Assembly: GCA_951406725.2 (NCBI GenBank)
Contig: OX597828.1
Coordinates: 930,001-994,000 of the forward strand
Length of the DNA stretch: 64,000 nucleotides
Direction: 5' to 3'
Source of the DNA: Octopus vulgaris
Taxonomy: Eukaryota
The translations under genes were made by a program, and so were the position numbers. The notes under the pieces are model-generated. The model had not been told where the DNA came from and searched no databases. It saw only the letters and a program-made list of their open reading frames with translations. Positions 24,540 to 38,466 of the stretch are shown in pieces; positions within the stretch are counted from its first letter, which is position 1; the number at the start of each line of letters is the position of its first letter.

Positions 24540-26418
24540 TAGTGCACTACAAGATAGGACCCCTCCTCCAAAAGGATGGCTCCCTCACAGACAGTCCAAC
24601 TATGATCAGTGAGATGCTGAATGACCAGTTCAAAAGTGTCTTTACCACCCTGTTGGAACACAGACAAGTGAACGAACCAGTGGACTTCTTTGCCGCCTCA
24701 CCTATAACCAGCGAGGCAGTTACAATAGAATGTATTGACATTAGCGAAAAAGATGTCCTACTAGCCATAGATGAAGTGGACACAAACTCAGCTGCTGGTC
24801 CAGATGGTTTCCCAGCCATCCTCCTCAAAGCGTGTAAGCATCCCCTGGCAAAATCCCTCCAGATTCTCTTCCAGAGCTTTCTTGCAAATGGCAAACTGCC
24901 AAGCAAGCTGAAGGAGGGAATAATATGCCCAATACATAAAGGGGGAAGTAGAGCAGATGCCAAAAACTATAGGCCTATCTCTCTGACTTCACACATCAGC
25001 AAAGTCATGGAACGGATAGTCAGAAAGAAACTAATTGCATTCCTTGAGGAAAATAACTTGCTGAGTAATACCCAGCATGGTTTTCGACCAGGTAGGAGCT
25101 GCCTGACCCAGCTCTTACAGCAATATGACTGGGTGTTGAGGCAGTTACTCAACAAATCAAATGTGGACGTAATCTACCTTGATTTTGCAAAAGCTTTTGA
25201 CAAAGTGGATCATGGTATGATATGCCACAAACTACGTGACCTCGGCATAGCTGGAAAACTTGGAGTGTGGTTGCATGACTTCCTGAAAGATAGGAGTCAG
25301 GCAGTAGTGGTTAATGGAGCCACCTCTATGAACACACAAATAGTGAGCGGTGTTCCACAGGGCACTGTCTTGGGACCACTACTTTTTATAGTGGCCTTCT
25401 CAGATATGCCCTCAAATGCCCAGATAGTCACTCTGGCAAGCTATGCAGATGATACAAAAGTCTCAAAAAAAAACAGAACCCCAGCGATGTTGCACATCTG
25501 CAGCATGAGTTGGACTCAATTTACAGATGGGCTGAGGATAATAATATGCAGTTTAATGCTGAAAAATTCCAGGCCCTGCGCTACCAGCATCCAAAACTGA
25601 ATATTAAACTTACAGGATACACCGGTCCACAGGGAATTTCAATCCCAGAGCCTGAGTCTGTGAGGGACCTGGGTATGGACATGAGTGATGATACCTCTTT
25701 CCAAGTGCACATTACCAGGATGGCGACAAAGTGCAGACGACTGGCTGGGTGGATCCTATGAACATTCAGAACCAGAGATAAGGAAACCATGATGGTCCTC
25801 TGGCGGACATTCGTCCTCAGTCGCCTGGATTACTGCTCACAGCTATGGTCACCCACCAGTGTAAAATTAACAGCGGACCTTGAAGCAATCCAGAGAAGAT
25901 TCACAAAGAAGATCGTCTCTTTGCAACAGCTCAGCTACTGGGAAAGGTTGAAACAGCTAAGACTCTACACCCTGGAGAGAAGACAGGAGAGGTATGCAGT
26001 AATATATGTCTGGAAGATCCTGGAAGGAATTGTGCCAAATTTTGGCATTGTAAGCTACACCAATGCTAGAAGGGGACGACACTGCATAGTGCCAAAGATC
26101 CCAGCAATGCCATCACGCTTCAGGACCAGCTTCTGCAACAGCCTGGGTTTCAAGGGCCCACAGCTTTTTAATATTCTCCCAAAGAGTCTGAGGAACTTGC
26201 ACAAAGTAGATGTAGCGGTTTTTAAATCAAAGCTGGACATCTTCCTGTCAAGAGTCCCAGATGAACCTACCTCACGGCAAGAGGTGCAAATGAGAGTAGC
26301 TGTATCAAACTCCATTCTTCACCAAGTGCCACATATTAGACGAGGTTTGTCGTAATAACAGTGTAGCACAAAACGGCGGTGCATCAGCATGGCCGCAGCT
26401 CTGAGCTGAAACTAGAAA
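24540..26418 (+). mobile_element. CR1-like LINE, 5'-truncated, RT nearly intact
   Basis: AAGPDG, NYRPISLTS, QHGFRPGRSC, YLDFAKAFD, SGVPQGTVLGP, YADDTK, DYCSQLWSP; one frameshift near 25470 and one stop at 25759. Confidence 0.93.
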
Positions 26419-26432
26419 AATATATATATATA

Positions 26433-27740
26433 CTAGCAGAGATACCCAGCTTTGCCCGTGTTACATGCAATTGAGGAATTAGACTTTTTTGTTATATTTT
26501 CTGTAATGAACTGGAATATCTATGTTTTGAATTTCATCAAAGTCGCAGATGAGGGTTATTTCCTCTTTACACACCTTAAAAAAATTGTAATCATGCCACA
26601 TGTATCCCATACTACTGATTTTTATGCACATATTCCAAAATTCCAGTCTTATTGAACCTGTTAAAAGGATTTTACTCCTGAAAAATGAAGGTCATGGAGC
26701 TCTAAAATATGAGAGTTAAGGCCCCTGTTGGGGGTGAGTGTCTTAATGTCAAGCAGAGAAGTTGAATTGTTGAGAATCTTTTTAACTTGGGTCTTATATC
26801 TATTGTTTGAATTTCATTGAAATAGGAAATATATGTTCACTGGGTTTGTAAAAGAGAGCAAAGCTACAGGAAACCAAAAGATGAATGATCACAATAAGCA
26901 GTCAGCTACCCTACCCTAGTCGTTACCACTCCCAATATAGGATTCCTCACCATCCAGGTGACAGGCACAGCTGTAAGATGCATTACGAATCTATAGCAAT
27001 TGGAAGGGCGTGACCCAACTGAAATAAACATTAACAACTGTGTGACATGAGGGCTAAGGAGAAATGAAAGTTGGAGTTTGCAAATGACCACTATACTGAT
27101 ACGTAACTGGACAGAATAAATATACAATCTATAAATGTCTTTGAATAACCAGTCACTCATCTGGGAAGGCCTTGAAATCAATGTTACCATGTGGGGACTA
27201 TGTGTGACCCAATGATAATAAAAAGACTGAAAGGAGATCTGCAATCAAATAACTTTACTCAACACTTTGCAACTGAATCAGTGGAAGCAAAGATGCCTCT
27301 CATTTACTTGACAATTTATGCAGCACATTGCAGAAATCACAATCTATGTATATGTCAAAGCAAGCTCTTACACTGTTGTACCACTGAATTACAAATAATG
27401 CTCATCTTCTATGCTCAGATGACCCCACAGCTTCCAAGAGTACAACTATTCGTCTTTGCTTAGATAAAATGACAAAATTGTGGGTGTTAAGTCCCGATGA
27501 AGGGGTCTTTCTAACTTCTAAGAAGATGAAATTTTATAATTACTTCATTTGTGCCTAATATCTATGGTACAAATTTCATCAACAGCAAGAATATATGAAT
27601 TGTCATGGGGTTTATGGCCCTTAAGCATAGAATATAATTTCCAAATTTCATAAAGATCCATTCAGTACTTTTGACGTAGTTTTGGATCATAAAAGAAATG
27701 ACTAAAATTTGGGACTTAAGGCCCCCATTAGGGTGTTATA
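26433..27740. mobile_element. Old Helitron-derived sequence (minus-strand CTAG end at 26433; possible helicase traces at 27150-27460 on +)
   Basis: ctagcagagatacccagctttgcccg resembles the Helitron 3' ends elsewhere in the window; the peptide traces only faintly recall late Pif1 helicase motifs. Confidence 0.35.
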
Positions 27741-27754
27741 TATATATATATATA

Positions 27755-27758
27755 GATT

Positions 27759-27818
<60 letters not shown>

Positions 27819-27830
27819 GATATAGATATA
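27755..27830. repeat. (GATA)n microsatellite
   Basis: Direct observation. Confidence 0.95.
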
Positions 27831-27847
27831 CACACACACACACACAT

Positions 27848-28098
27848 ACAAAGATAAATTGATAGATACAACTGAGTGGGCAAACAAAAATATGAGACAC
27901 AGCCTAGTGCTTATTTTATGTTGATAAGCCCGGTACTTATTCTATTAGTTTGTTCTTGTGAAACCAGTAAGTTATGGGGATGTAAATAAATGAACAGCAG
28001 TTGTGAAGCAGTGATGAGGGCGAAACACAGAGACAAAGACACACACATACACATACATATATATACAATTGATTTGTTTCAGTTCCTGTCAATGAAAT

Positions 28099-28144
<46 letters not shown>

Positions 28145-28530
28145 ATATATATACACACACACAAAGATAAATTGATAGATACAACTGAGTAGGCAAACAA
28201 AAATATGAGACACTGCCTAGTGCTTTTTTTTCTTTTGATAAGCCTGGTACTTATTCTATCAGTTTCTTGTGAAACCAGTAACTTATGGGGATGTAAATAA
28301 ACAAACATCAGTTCTGAAGCAGTGATGAGGGAGAAACAGAAAGAAACACACGTAGACTTACATATATATACAATAACTTTCTTTCAGTTTCTGTCTACAA
28401 AATCCACTGACAAGGCTTTGGTTGGTCTGAGGCTATAGCAGAAGACACATGCCAAGTTACCACACAGTGGGACTGAACTGGGTACCATGTATTTTGGAAC
28501 CAAGTTTGTTACCACACAGCCATACCTGCA
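27848..28530 (-). mobile_element. Decayed SINE family 1 sequence with a local duplication of about 310 bp
   Basis: aaagataaattgatagatacaactgagt... occurs at about 27850 and 28163; reverse SINE head near 28440-28530. Confidence 0.7.
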
Positions 28531-28750
28531 CCTACGTATGTGTGTGGGGGATGTATGTATGGGTGTATATATGTATGCATGTATATATGTGTATATATAT
28601 GTGTACATATTACATGTACATCTATATATATACATATACATCTATACAGAAATACATCTATACATATACGTGTATATATATACAGCTATACATATACATG
28701 TATACATATACAGCTATACATATACATGTATACATATCTACATATATACA

Positions 28751-28810
<60 letters not shown>

Positions 28811-28812
28811 CA

Positions 28813-28847
<35 letters not shown>

Positions 28848-29866
28848 TTAGAATGAATTCACAAATAAAGAATAAAATCTCTCTATACTATAATATTTAT
28901 TAATAAAATAACTATATATATATATATATATACATCTATATATATATACATCTATATGTATACATCTATATATATATATATACACATGTAAATTTAAATT
29001 TAAAATAATAAGGGTGAAAAATTGAATATAAACTTGATTAATATGAATTTAAAACCAGTGGTGTAGCATATAAGACCATAGCAGATCTTCTAGCATAATG
29101 GATGTCCAGTTACAGTTCATACCTGTTATATAATAATTTCACTTAAACAGTTTCAGTATTAAAGTGAAAGCATCTGACATTACAATATAGAGATGTTTTT
29201 GTTTCACTTTTGACACGTAATACTGAAATAGTGGAGAAGATATAATATTGCTGTGGGCACGCACTAGGCAAAAAGTTAAAACTTTTTTTGCCCATGACAC
29301 TACATGGACCCTAAGTAAGACATGTGTAACATTTGAATGAAATTGGTTGTGTAGTTCTCAAGCTTTAGGGATTCCCACAGACAGACACACACACATTCTC
29401 AGTTTTATATATATAGATATACATATAATAAATATATATATATGAGCAAAACACCCACCTCCATCCAATGGACGGTGCTGAGTTGTCAAACATTTAAACC
29501 AAATTTTCTCAAAACAACTTGTACGACTATCCCACAGACCTCCCCTTTGAGAAACACTGATTTAACCTAAATTTGAGACAACAAACAGGCCGGCTTTTTT
29601 GTGCAAACTGCATGTGCATTTTTCTAGCATACACGTAGTATCGATTGCAACAGCTGATGTACTTGCATGTACAAATGTACGGTCCCAAGGCTTTATCGAT
29701 CGCATTCTCACCTGGAATCGATTTTAGTAATTTTTTCAAGACTAATACACGCTCTGATACTGTTGGTATCTACATATCAAATTTGAGCTCTATCAGATGG
29801 AGGATGCTCGAGATCCTAGAAGACACAAACACACACACACACAGAACAGATTTTATATAATAGATG

Positions 29867-29901
<35 letters not shown>

Positions 29902-30025
29902 CAAAATTTAGATTCAGATGAATATGGTACTTAAGTCAAAGGCACCAGAATTTTGTATGGTTTTATCCATATAAATCAAATGGGGTGATTATAATCAAAA
30001 TAAGCAACAAGTATATCCAAGGTAG

Positions 30026-30113
30026 AGCAGTACAATTGTTTCATGCTACTTCATTTTATTAAACACTGTAAGTATTACATCAGTTGTAAAATGTCAAGCA
30101 ATCTTCAGCCACT
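30026..30113 (-). ncRNA. Type I hammerhead ribozyme motif with long stem II
   Basis: Minus strand reads agtgg-CTGAAGA-t-tgct...catttta...taaaatg...agca-t-GAAA-CAATT-GTA-ctgct; palindromic stem III ACAATTGT, triplet GUA. Confidence 0.7.
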
Positions 30114-31216
30114 TATAGAATTTTCCAGTCAGACAGACAATGCATATTCTTATCTCTATTTCATTTGCCAACATTATAAAGAGGGTAGATATATAGACAG
30201 AGAGGTTGATTTCATTCTTAAGAACATGATAGTAGCAAATTCACTCTTTGACTGTAGATTTTATCATTGAGTTTACTTTGTTATTTAGATCTGTCAGTGG
30301 GGAAGGGGGATTTTATTTTTGGTTGGATGGAGACAAAGAATATTTTCTATTTATAGATATAGGAAGGAGTAGTACAAATGTCAAAACCATAAACCTATTC
30401 CCATTTGGAGGAATTCAGTTAAGACATATTTGAATGCACTAAGCAAAAAGCTAGTATGTTGTAGTTAGAGAGGTAGGGGATCATACACTACTAGTGCTCT
30501 AGATGTTTTAATGTCCCTCACCATTTGAAATCCAGATTCGATATTAAGAAATCTAAGTAAATATTCCTTAGACAATTTCCTAAAGAATTTCAATAAATAT
30601 TAGAATCTTATATAGGGATAAACATAGTAGTGTACATACATTAGAATGTATTTACTTGTCTATACGATGCATGATATACCCAATGTAATATATTGTTCAA
30701 TGGTGTTCATTAATGTATTTTGTGCATGTGAATAGTATGTACAATTTGCTTATGTATATCTATGTATGTATATTTGTATATTTTTTTTATATCTTCTTTC
30801 CTGAGCGTCCAATAATACTATATTTGTTCCACGTCCTCGCGTTGTTGTGTTTTTTTGTGCTTTCTTGTTTGGATTAACTATGAATATGTATGTATTTTTG
30901 GATATTTGTTTATTATTTATTTGTATATATTATATAATAAGTGCAGCATGTTTAGTATATCAATAGTATTATTATTAGTATTATATTACCTATTGATTTA
31001 TATAATGTTTTGCTTGCATTTGAGGTTCTCATTTCTAAATTATGTAACATTGTAATATCCGTAAGTTGATGAACGAGCTGAATTTGTTTCTCCATTTTCT
31101 TATTTGTATTATATATATAGTATATATATATAATATATATGTATGTAGATATATAGGTATATACATAATATATATATATATAATATATATATAATATACA
31201 TATATCTATATATTTC

Positions 31217-31890
31217 ATCATCATCATCATCATCATCATCATCGTTTAACGTCCGCTTTCCATGCTAGCATGGGTTGGACGGTTCAACTGGGGTCTGGCA
31301 AGCCCGAAGGCTGCACCAGGCTAGTCAGATCTGGCAGTGTTTCTACAGCTGGATGCCCTTCCTAACGCCAACCACTCCGAGAGTGTAGTGGGTGATTTTA
31401 TGTGCCACCAACACAGGTGCCAGATGAGGCTAGCAGACAGCCACGCTCGGATGGTGTTTTTTATGTGCCACCGACACAGGTGCCAGACGAGGCTGGCGAA
31501 TGGCCACGATCGGATGGTGTTTGTTACGTGCCCACAACACGGAGGCCAGTCGATGCGGTACTGGCTACGGTAACGTTCGGATGGTTTTCTTATGTGCCAC
31601 CGGCACTAATTTTCAAGGATACAAATTCCATTGATGTTCATCTATTTTGATTTGGTTTGATTTGATTTGATTTGATTTTTGATTTTCACTTGCCTCAACA
31701 GGTCTTCACAAGTGTCACAAGAAGGAAGGTATGCACAGGTGAACTGACTACGTCGCAGGTAGGGGCCACGGGTTATGGCTTCACTAGTCTTGCCGGGTCT
31801 TCTCACGCACAGCATACTTCCATAGGTCTCAGTCTCTAGTCATTTCCATGGTGAGGCCTAACGTTCGAAGGTCGTGCTTCACCACCTCGA
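31217..31890 (-). mobile_element. RTE 3' end fragment (ORF end, 3' UTR, tail)
   Basis: Reverse complement of the RTE 3' region with (CAT)n. Confidence 0.88.
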
Positions 31891-31925
31891 CATATATATA
31901 TATATATATATATAATATATATATA

Positions 31926-32083
<158 letters not shown>

Positions 32084-32125
32084 TATATAATATATACATA
32101 ATATACATATATATATATATATATA

Positions 32126-32504
32126 CTAGCAGTATCGCCCGGCGTTGCTCAGGTTTGTAAGGGAAATAACTATAAAGCCTTTTTAGAGAGTTATAGCCAA
32201 AAAATAGGAAAAAAAATGTGAAAAAAATGATGGTAAATTTTTTTTTGAGAGTTAAAAAAGGTCGAGTTGCGTCCCCTAGACAGTCTGTGGTTTGTGTTTC
32301 TGATTCTCGACCCCATGTCGAATTTATCGATTTTTTTTCAGAACTGGGGGAACTTTTCAAAATTTTCGCTCCGTTAGTTTTGAATTATGACATTGGGTTA
32401 TGTGTGTGTCAAGTTTCATCAGAATCGGTTGAAAGCAGTGGTCAGGGTGAGGGTACAACCTGACAGACACACAGAAACACACACAGACAAACTGCCGTTT
32501 ATAT

Positions 32505-32509
<5 letters not shown>
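32126..32509 (-). mobile_element. Non-autonomous Helitron
   Basis: Minus strand begins TC and ends with the hairpin cctgagcaacgccggg then atactgCTAG|T; lies in a TA tract. Confidence 0.8.
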
Positions 32510-32544
<35 letters not shown>

Positions 32545-32562
32545 TATATAATATATATATAT

Positions 32563-33335
32563 CATCATCATCATCATTTAGCATCCGTTTTCCATGCTAG
32601 CATGGGTTGGACGGTTCAACTGGGGTCTGTGAAGCAGGAAGGCTTCATCAGGCCCAGTCAGATGTGGCAGTGTTTCTACGGCTGGATGCCCTTCCTAACG
32701 CCAACCACTCCGTGAGTGTAGTGGGTGCTTTTTACGTGCCACCCGCACAGGTGCCAGACAGAACTAGCAAACGACCACGAACGGATGGTGCTTTTACATG
32801 TCACTGGCACGGGGGCCAGGCGAGGCTGGCAAAGGACACAAACGGATGGTGCTTTTACGTGCCACCAACACGGGGCCCAGACAGAGCTGGCAAACGGCCA
32901 CAAAACGGATGGTGCTTTTACATGTCACCGGCATGGGGGCCAGGCGAGGCTGGCAACGGACACGAACGGATGGTGCTTTTACATGCCACCAACACGGGGG
33001 CCAGACAGGGCTGGCAAACAGCCACGAACGAATGGTGCTTTTACGTGTCACTGGCACGGGGGCTAGACAGAGCTGCCAAATGGCCACAAACGGATGTTGC
33101 TTTTACGTGTCACCTGCACGGGGGCCAACTGATGCTGGCAACGGACGCGAACGGATGGTGATTTTACGTGCCACCGACACGGAAGCTAGACGGGGCGGCA
33201 CTGGCAATGACCACGATCGGATGGTTCGCTTAACCACAGCTGCAATTCCCACTGATGTTGATCGACCTCAATTTGGTTCTGTTTTCTGATACATGAATTG
33301 ATTTCGCTTGATTTTCATTTTCACTGTTCGCACTG
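32563..33335 (-). mobile_element. RTE 3' UTR fragment with about 8 tandem 57-60 bp units
   Basis: Unit ggtgcttttacgtgccacc...ggggccag...ctggcaa...cgaacggat repeated at 32724-33225 next to the RTE terminus. Confidence 0.85.
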
Positions 33336-33339
33336 TTCT

Positions 33340-34327
<988 letters not shown>

Positions 34328-34837
34328 TCTATATATATAAAACTGTAGTTGTGTGAGTGTCTGTCCCCTTCGATTTAGATTCCTAACTACTCCCACATTT
34401 TGCGGTGCAGTTTAACCAAATTCGAGTATCTTATAGTCGTGATTCATATCGAGCCCGTCTGAGTATTAGCGCGCGTCTACGATGAGTCTACGATTTAAAA
34501 AATAATTTAACATCATTTTTTATTCCATTTTAATGCATAAGTTTTCGTGTGTCGATGGCGGCGGAGTTGGCGTCCATGGTCACACCTGCACCTGTTTGCT
34601 TCTCCCCCTTCTTCCCTCCCTCGTGAAGCTGTGGGGAAGGGAGTGTAAGGAAATCAACATCGTAAAGCGTTGTCAAGGAGACCAGCGTTCTTTTAGAACG
34701 ACTTCATGGCTTGAAGACACCAAAACAGAAATGGCTAAGAAAGCCCGAATTGGCATCTATAAGGGAAGTAACTCCCTAAAAATGCTTATATAGTTATTTC
34801 CCTTAAAAACCCGAGCAATGCCGGGCAATACTGCTAG
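34328..34837 (+). mobile_element. Non-autonomous Helitron, family A
   Basis: A|TCTATATATATAAAACTGTAG...cccgagcaatgccgggcaatactgCTAG|T; homologous to 58178-58815 in reverse. Confidence 0.88.
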
Positions 34838-34867
34838 TATATAATATATATATAATATATATAATAT

Positions 34868-35408
34868 CCCCTACCTGGGACGTAGTCAGTCCACCTGTGC
34901 ATACCTTCCTTCTTGTGACACTTGTGAAGACCTGTTGAGGCAAGTGAGAATCGAATCGTATCGAATCAAATCGAACCAAATCAAAATAGATGAACATCAA
35001 TGGAATTTGTATCCTTGTGGTACCAGTGCCGGTGGCACATAAGAAAACCATCCGAACGTGACCGTAGCCAGTACCGCAATGACTGGCCTCCGTGCTGAGG
35101 GCACGTAACAAACACCATCCGAGCGTGGCCGTCTGCCAGCCTCGTCTGGCACCTGTGTCGGTGGCACATAAAAAACACCATCCGAGCGTGGCCGTCTGCC
35201 AGCCTCGTCTGGCACCTGTGTCGGTGGCACATAAAATCACCCACTACACTCTCGGAGTGGTTGGCGTTAGGAAGGGCATCCAGCTTTAGAAACACTGCCA
35301 CATCTGACTGGCCTGGTGCAGCCTTCGGGCTTCCCAGACCCCAGTTGAACCGTCCAACCCATGCTAGCATGGAAAGCGGACGTTAAACGATGATGATGAT
35401 GATGATGA

Positions 35409-35410
<2 letters not shown>
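34868..35410 (+). mobile_element. RTE 3' UTR and tail fragment
   Basis: Closely similar to 31217-31765 in reverse orientation; (GAT)n tail. Confidence 0.88.
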
Positions 35411-35487
<77 letters not shown>

Positions 35488-35530
35488 TATATATATATAC
35501 ATATATAATATATATATAATATACATATAT

Positions 35531-35595
<65 letters not shown>

Positions 35596-35619
35596 TATGA
35601 TTGATTGATTGATTGATTA

Positions 35620-37328
<1,709 letters not shown>

Positions 37329-37337
37329 CATATATAT

Positions 37338-37600
37338 CATCATCATCATCATCATCATCATCGTTTAACGTCCGCTTTCCGCGCTAGCACGGGTTGGACG
37401 GTTTGACCGGGTCTGGGAAGCCAGGGGCCGCACCAGGCTCCAGTCTGAATCTGGCAGAGTTTCTACGGCTGGATGCCCTTCCTAACGCCAACCACTCCGT
37501 GAGTGGATTGGGTGCTTTTTACGTGCCACCTGCACAGGGGCCGGAGGGTCCGGCATCGTCACGATCGGTTCGAGCATTTTAACGTGTCAGCGGCACGGGG
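37338..37600 (-). mobile_element. RTE-type 3' tail (variant subfamily) terminating the GC-rich body and monomer array
   Basis: (CAT)n plus the reverse RTE terminus, continuous with 37600-38466. Confidence 0.85.
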
Positions 37601-37605
37601 GCAAC

Positions 37606-38466
37606 GAGGTCCGGGGTACTTTGGGGATCGGGGTACTTTGGGGATCCAGGGTACTTTGGGGATCCGGGGTACTTAGAATGGGTAGGGGGTATGTGGAATT
37701 GCTGCAGAAAGCAGCCCGGGTCTTTGTAGTCACAGCATTTATCGTCACTGAGTAACGTAATTAGGTAGAGGAAAGAAATACAGATATTCTAGAGTTGAGT
37801 TGGGGAGGGGGGTCCAGTTGAGGCGGGTAATATAGGGAGCAACCAGTGGGGAAGGTTGGGGTAAGGAGGAACGATGGCAGGAAGGGTTGGTGTAGGTTCC
37901 TAAGAAATAAAGACATTCGTTATCGTCACTGAGTAACGTTATTAGGTAGAGGAAAGAAATACAGATATTCTAGAGTTGAGTTGGGGAGGGGGGTCCAGTT
38001 GAGGCGGGTAATATAGGGGAGCAACCAGTGGGGAAGGTTGGGGTAAGGAGGAACGATGGCAGGAAGGGTTGGTGTAGGTTCCTAAGAAATAAAAACGTAG
38101 GATATTACGAGGCGGGAGGGTACTAAAGGGGATGGTCGGAATGAGGCAGTGTCAGGAGGAAGCGTAAGATCGGTGGGCAGTTGATGAGCTATGGCGCTAG
38201 CAGCTTGTCTTTTCACAGTGAAAGCATATGAGGAGAAGGGGTAGTGGGGGGAGGAGGAGGGAGTAGGGCGTACCCGGTGTAGATGAGTAAGGCGTATCCG
38301 GTGTAGATGGTGAGAACAGGGTATACTGGTATTGGTGGTGGGGGGTGAGAACAGTGTTCACCGGTATTGGTGGTGGTGGCGGTGAGAACAGTGTTCACCG
38401 GTATTGGTGGTGGGGGTGAGAACAGTGTTCATCGGTATTGGTGGTGGGGGTGGGGGGGCGGGCGCA
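37606..38466. repeat. G-rich segment with nested direct repeats (about 18 bp x4, 183 bp x2, 30-36 bp x4)
   Basis: ggtactttggggatcc repeats at 37606-37675; duplication 37740-37921 / 37922-38095; ggtgagaacagtgttcaccggtattggtggtgg repeats at 38308-38450. Confidence 0.85.

Noticed and set aside
32724-33225. Repeat-spacer-like pattern resembling CRISPR
   Set aside because: The intervening segments are homologous to each other and the array is part of an RTE 3' UTR; no cas genes.
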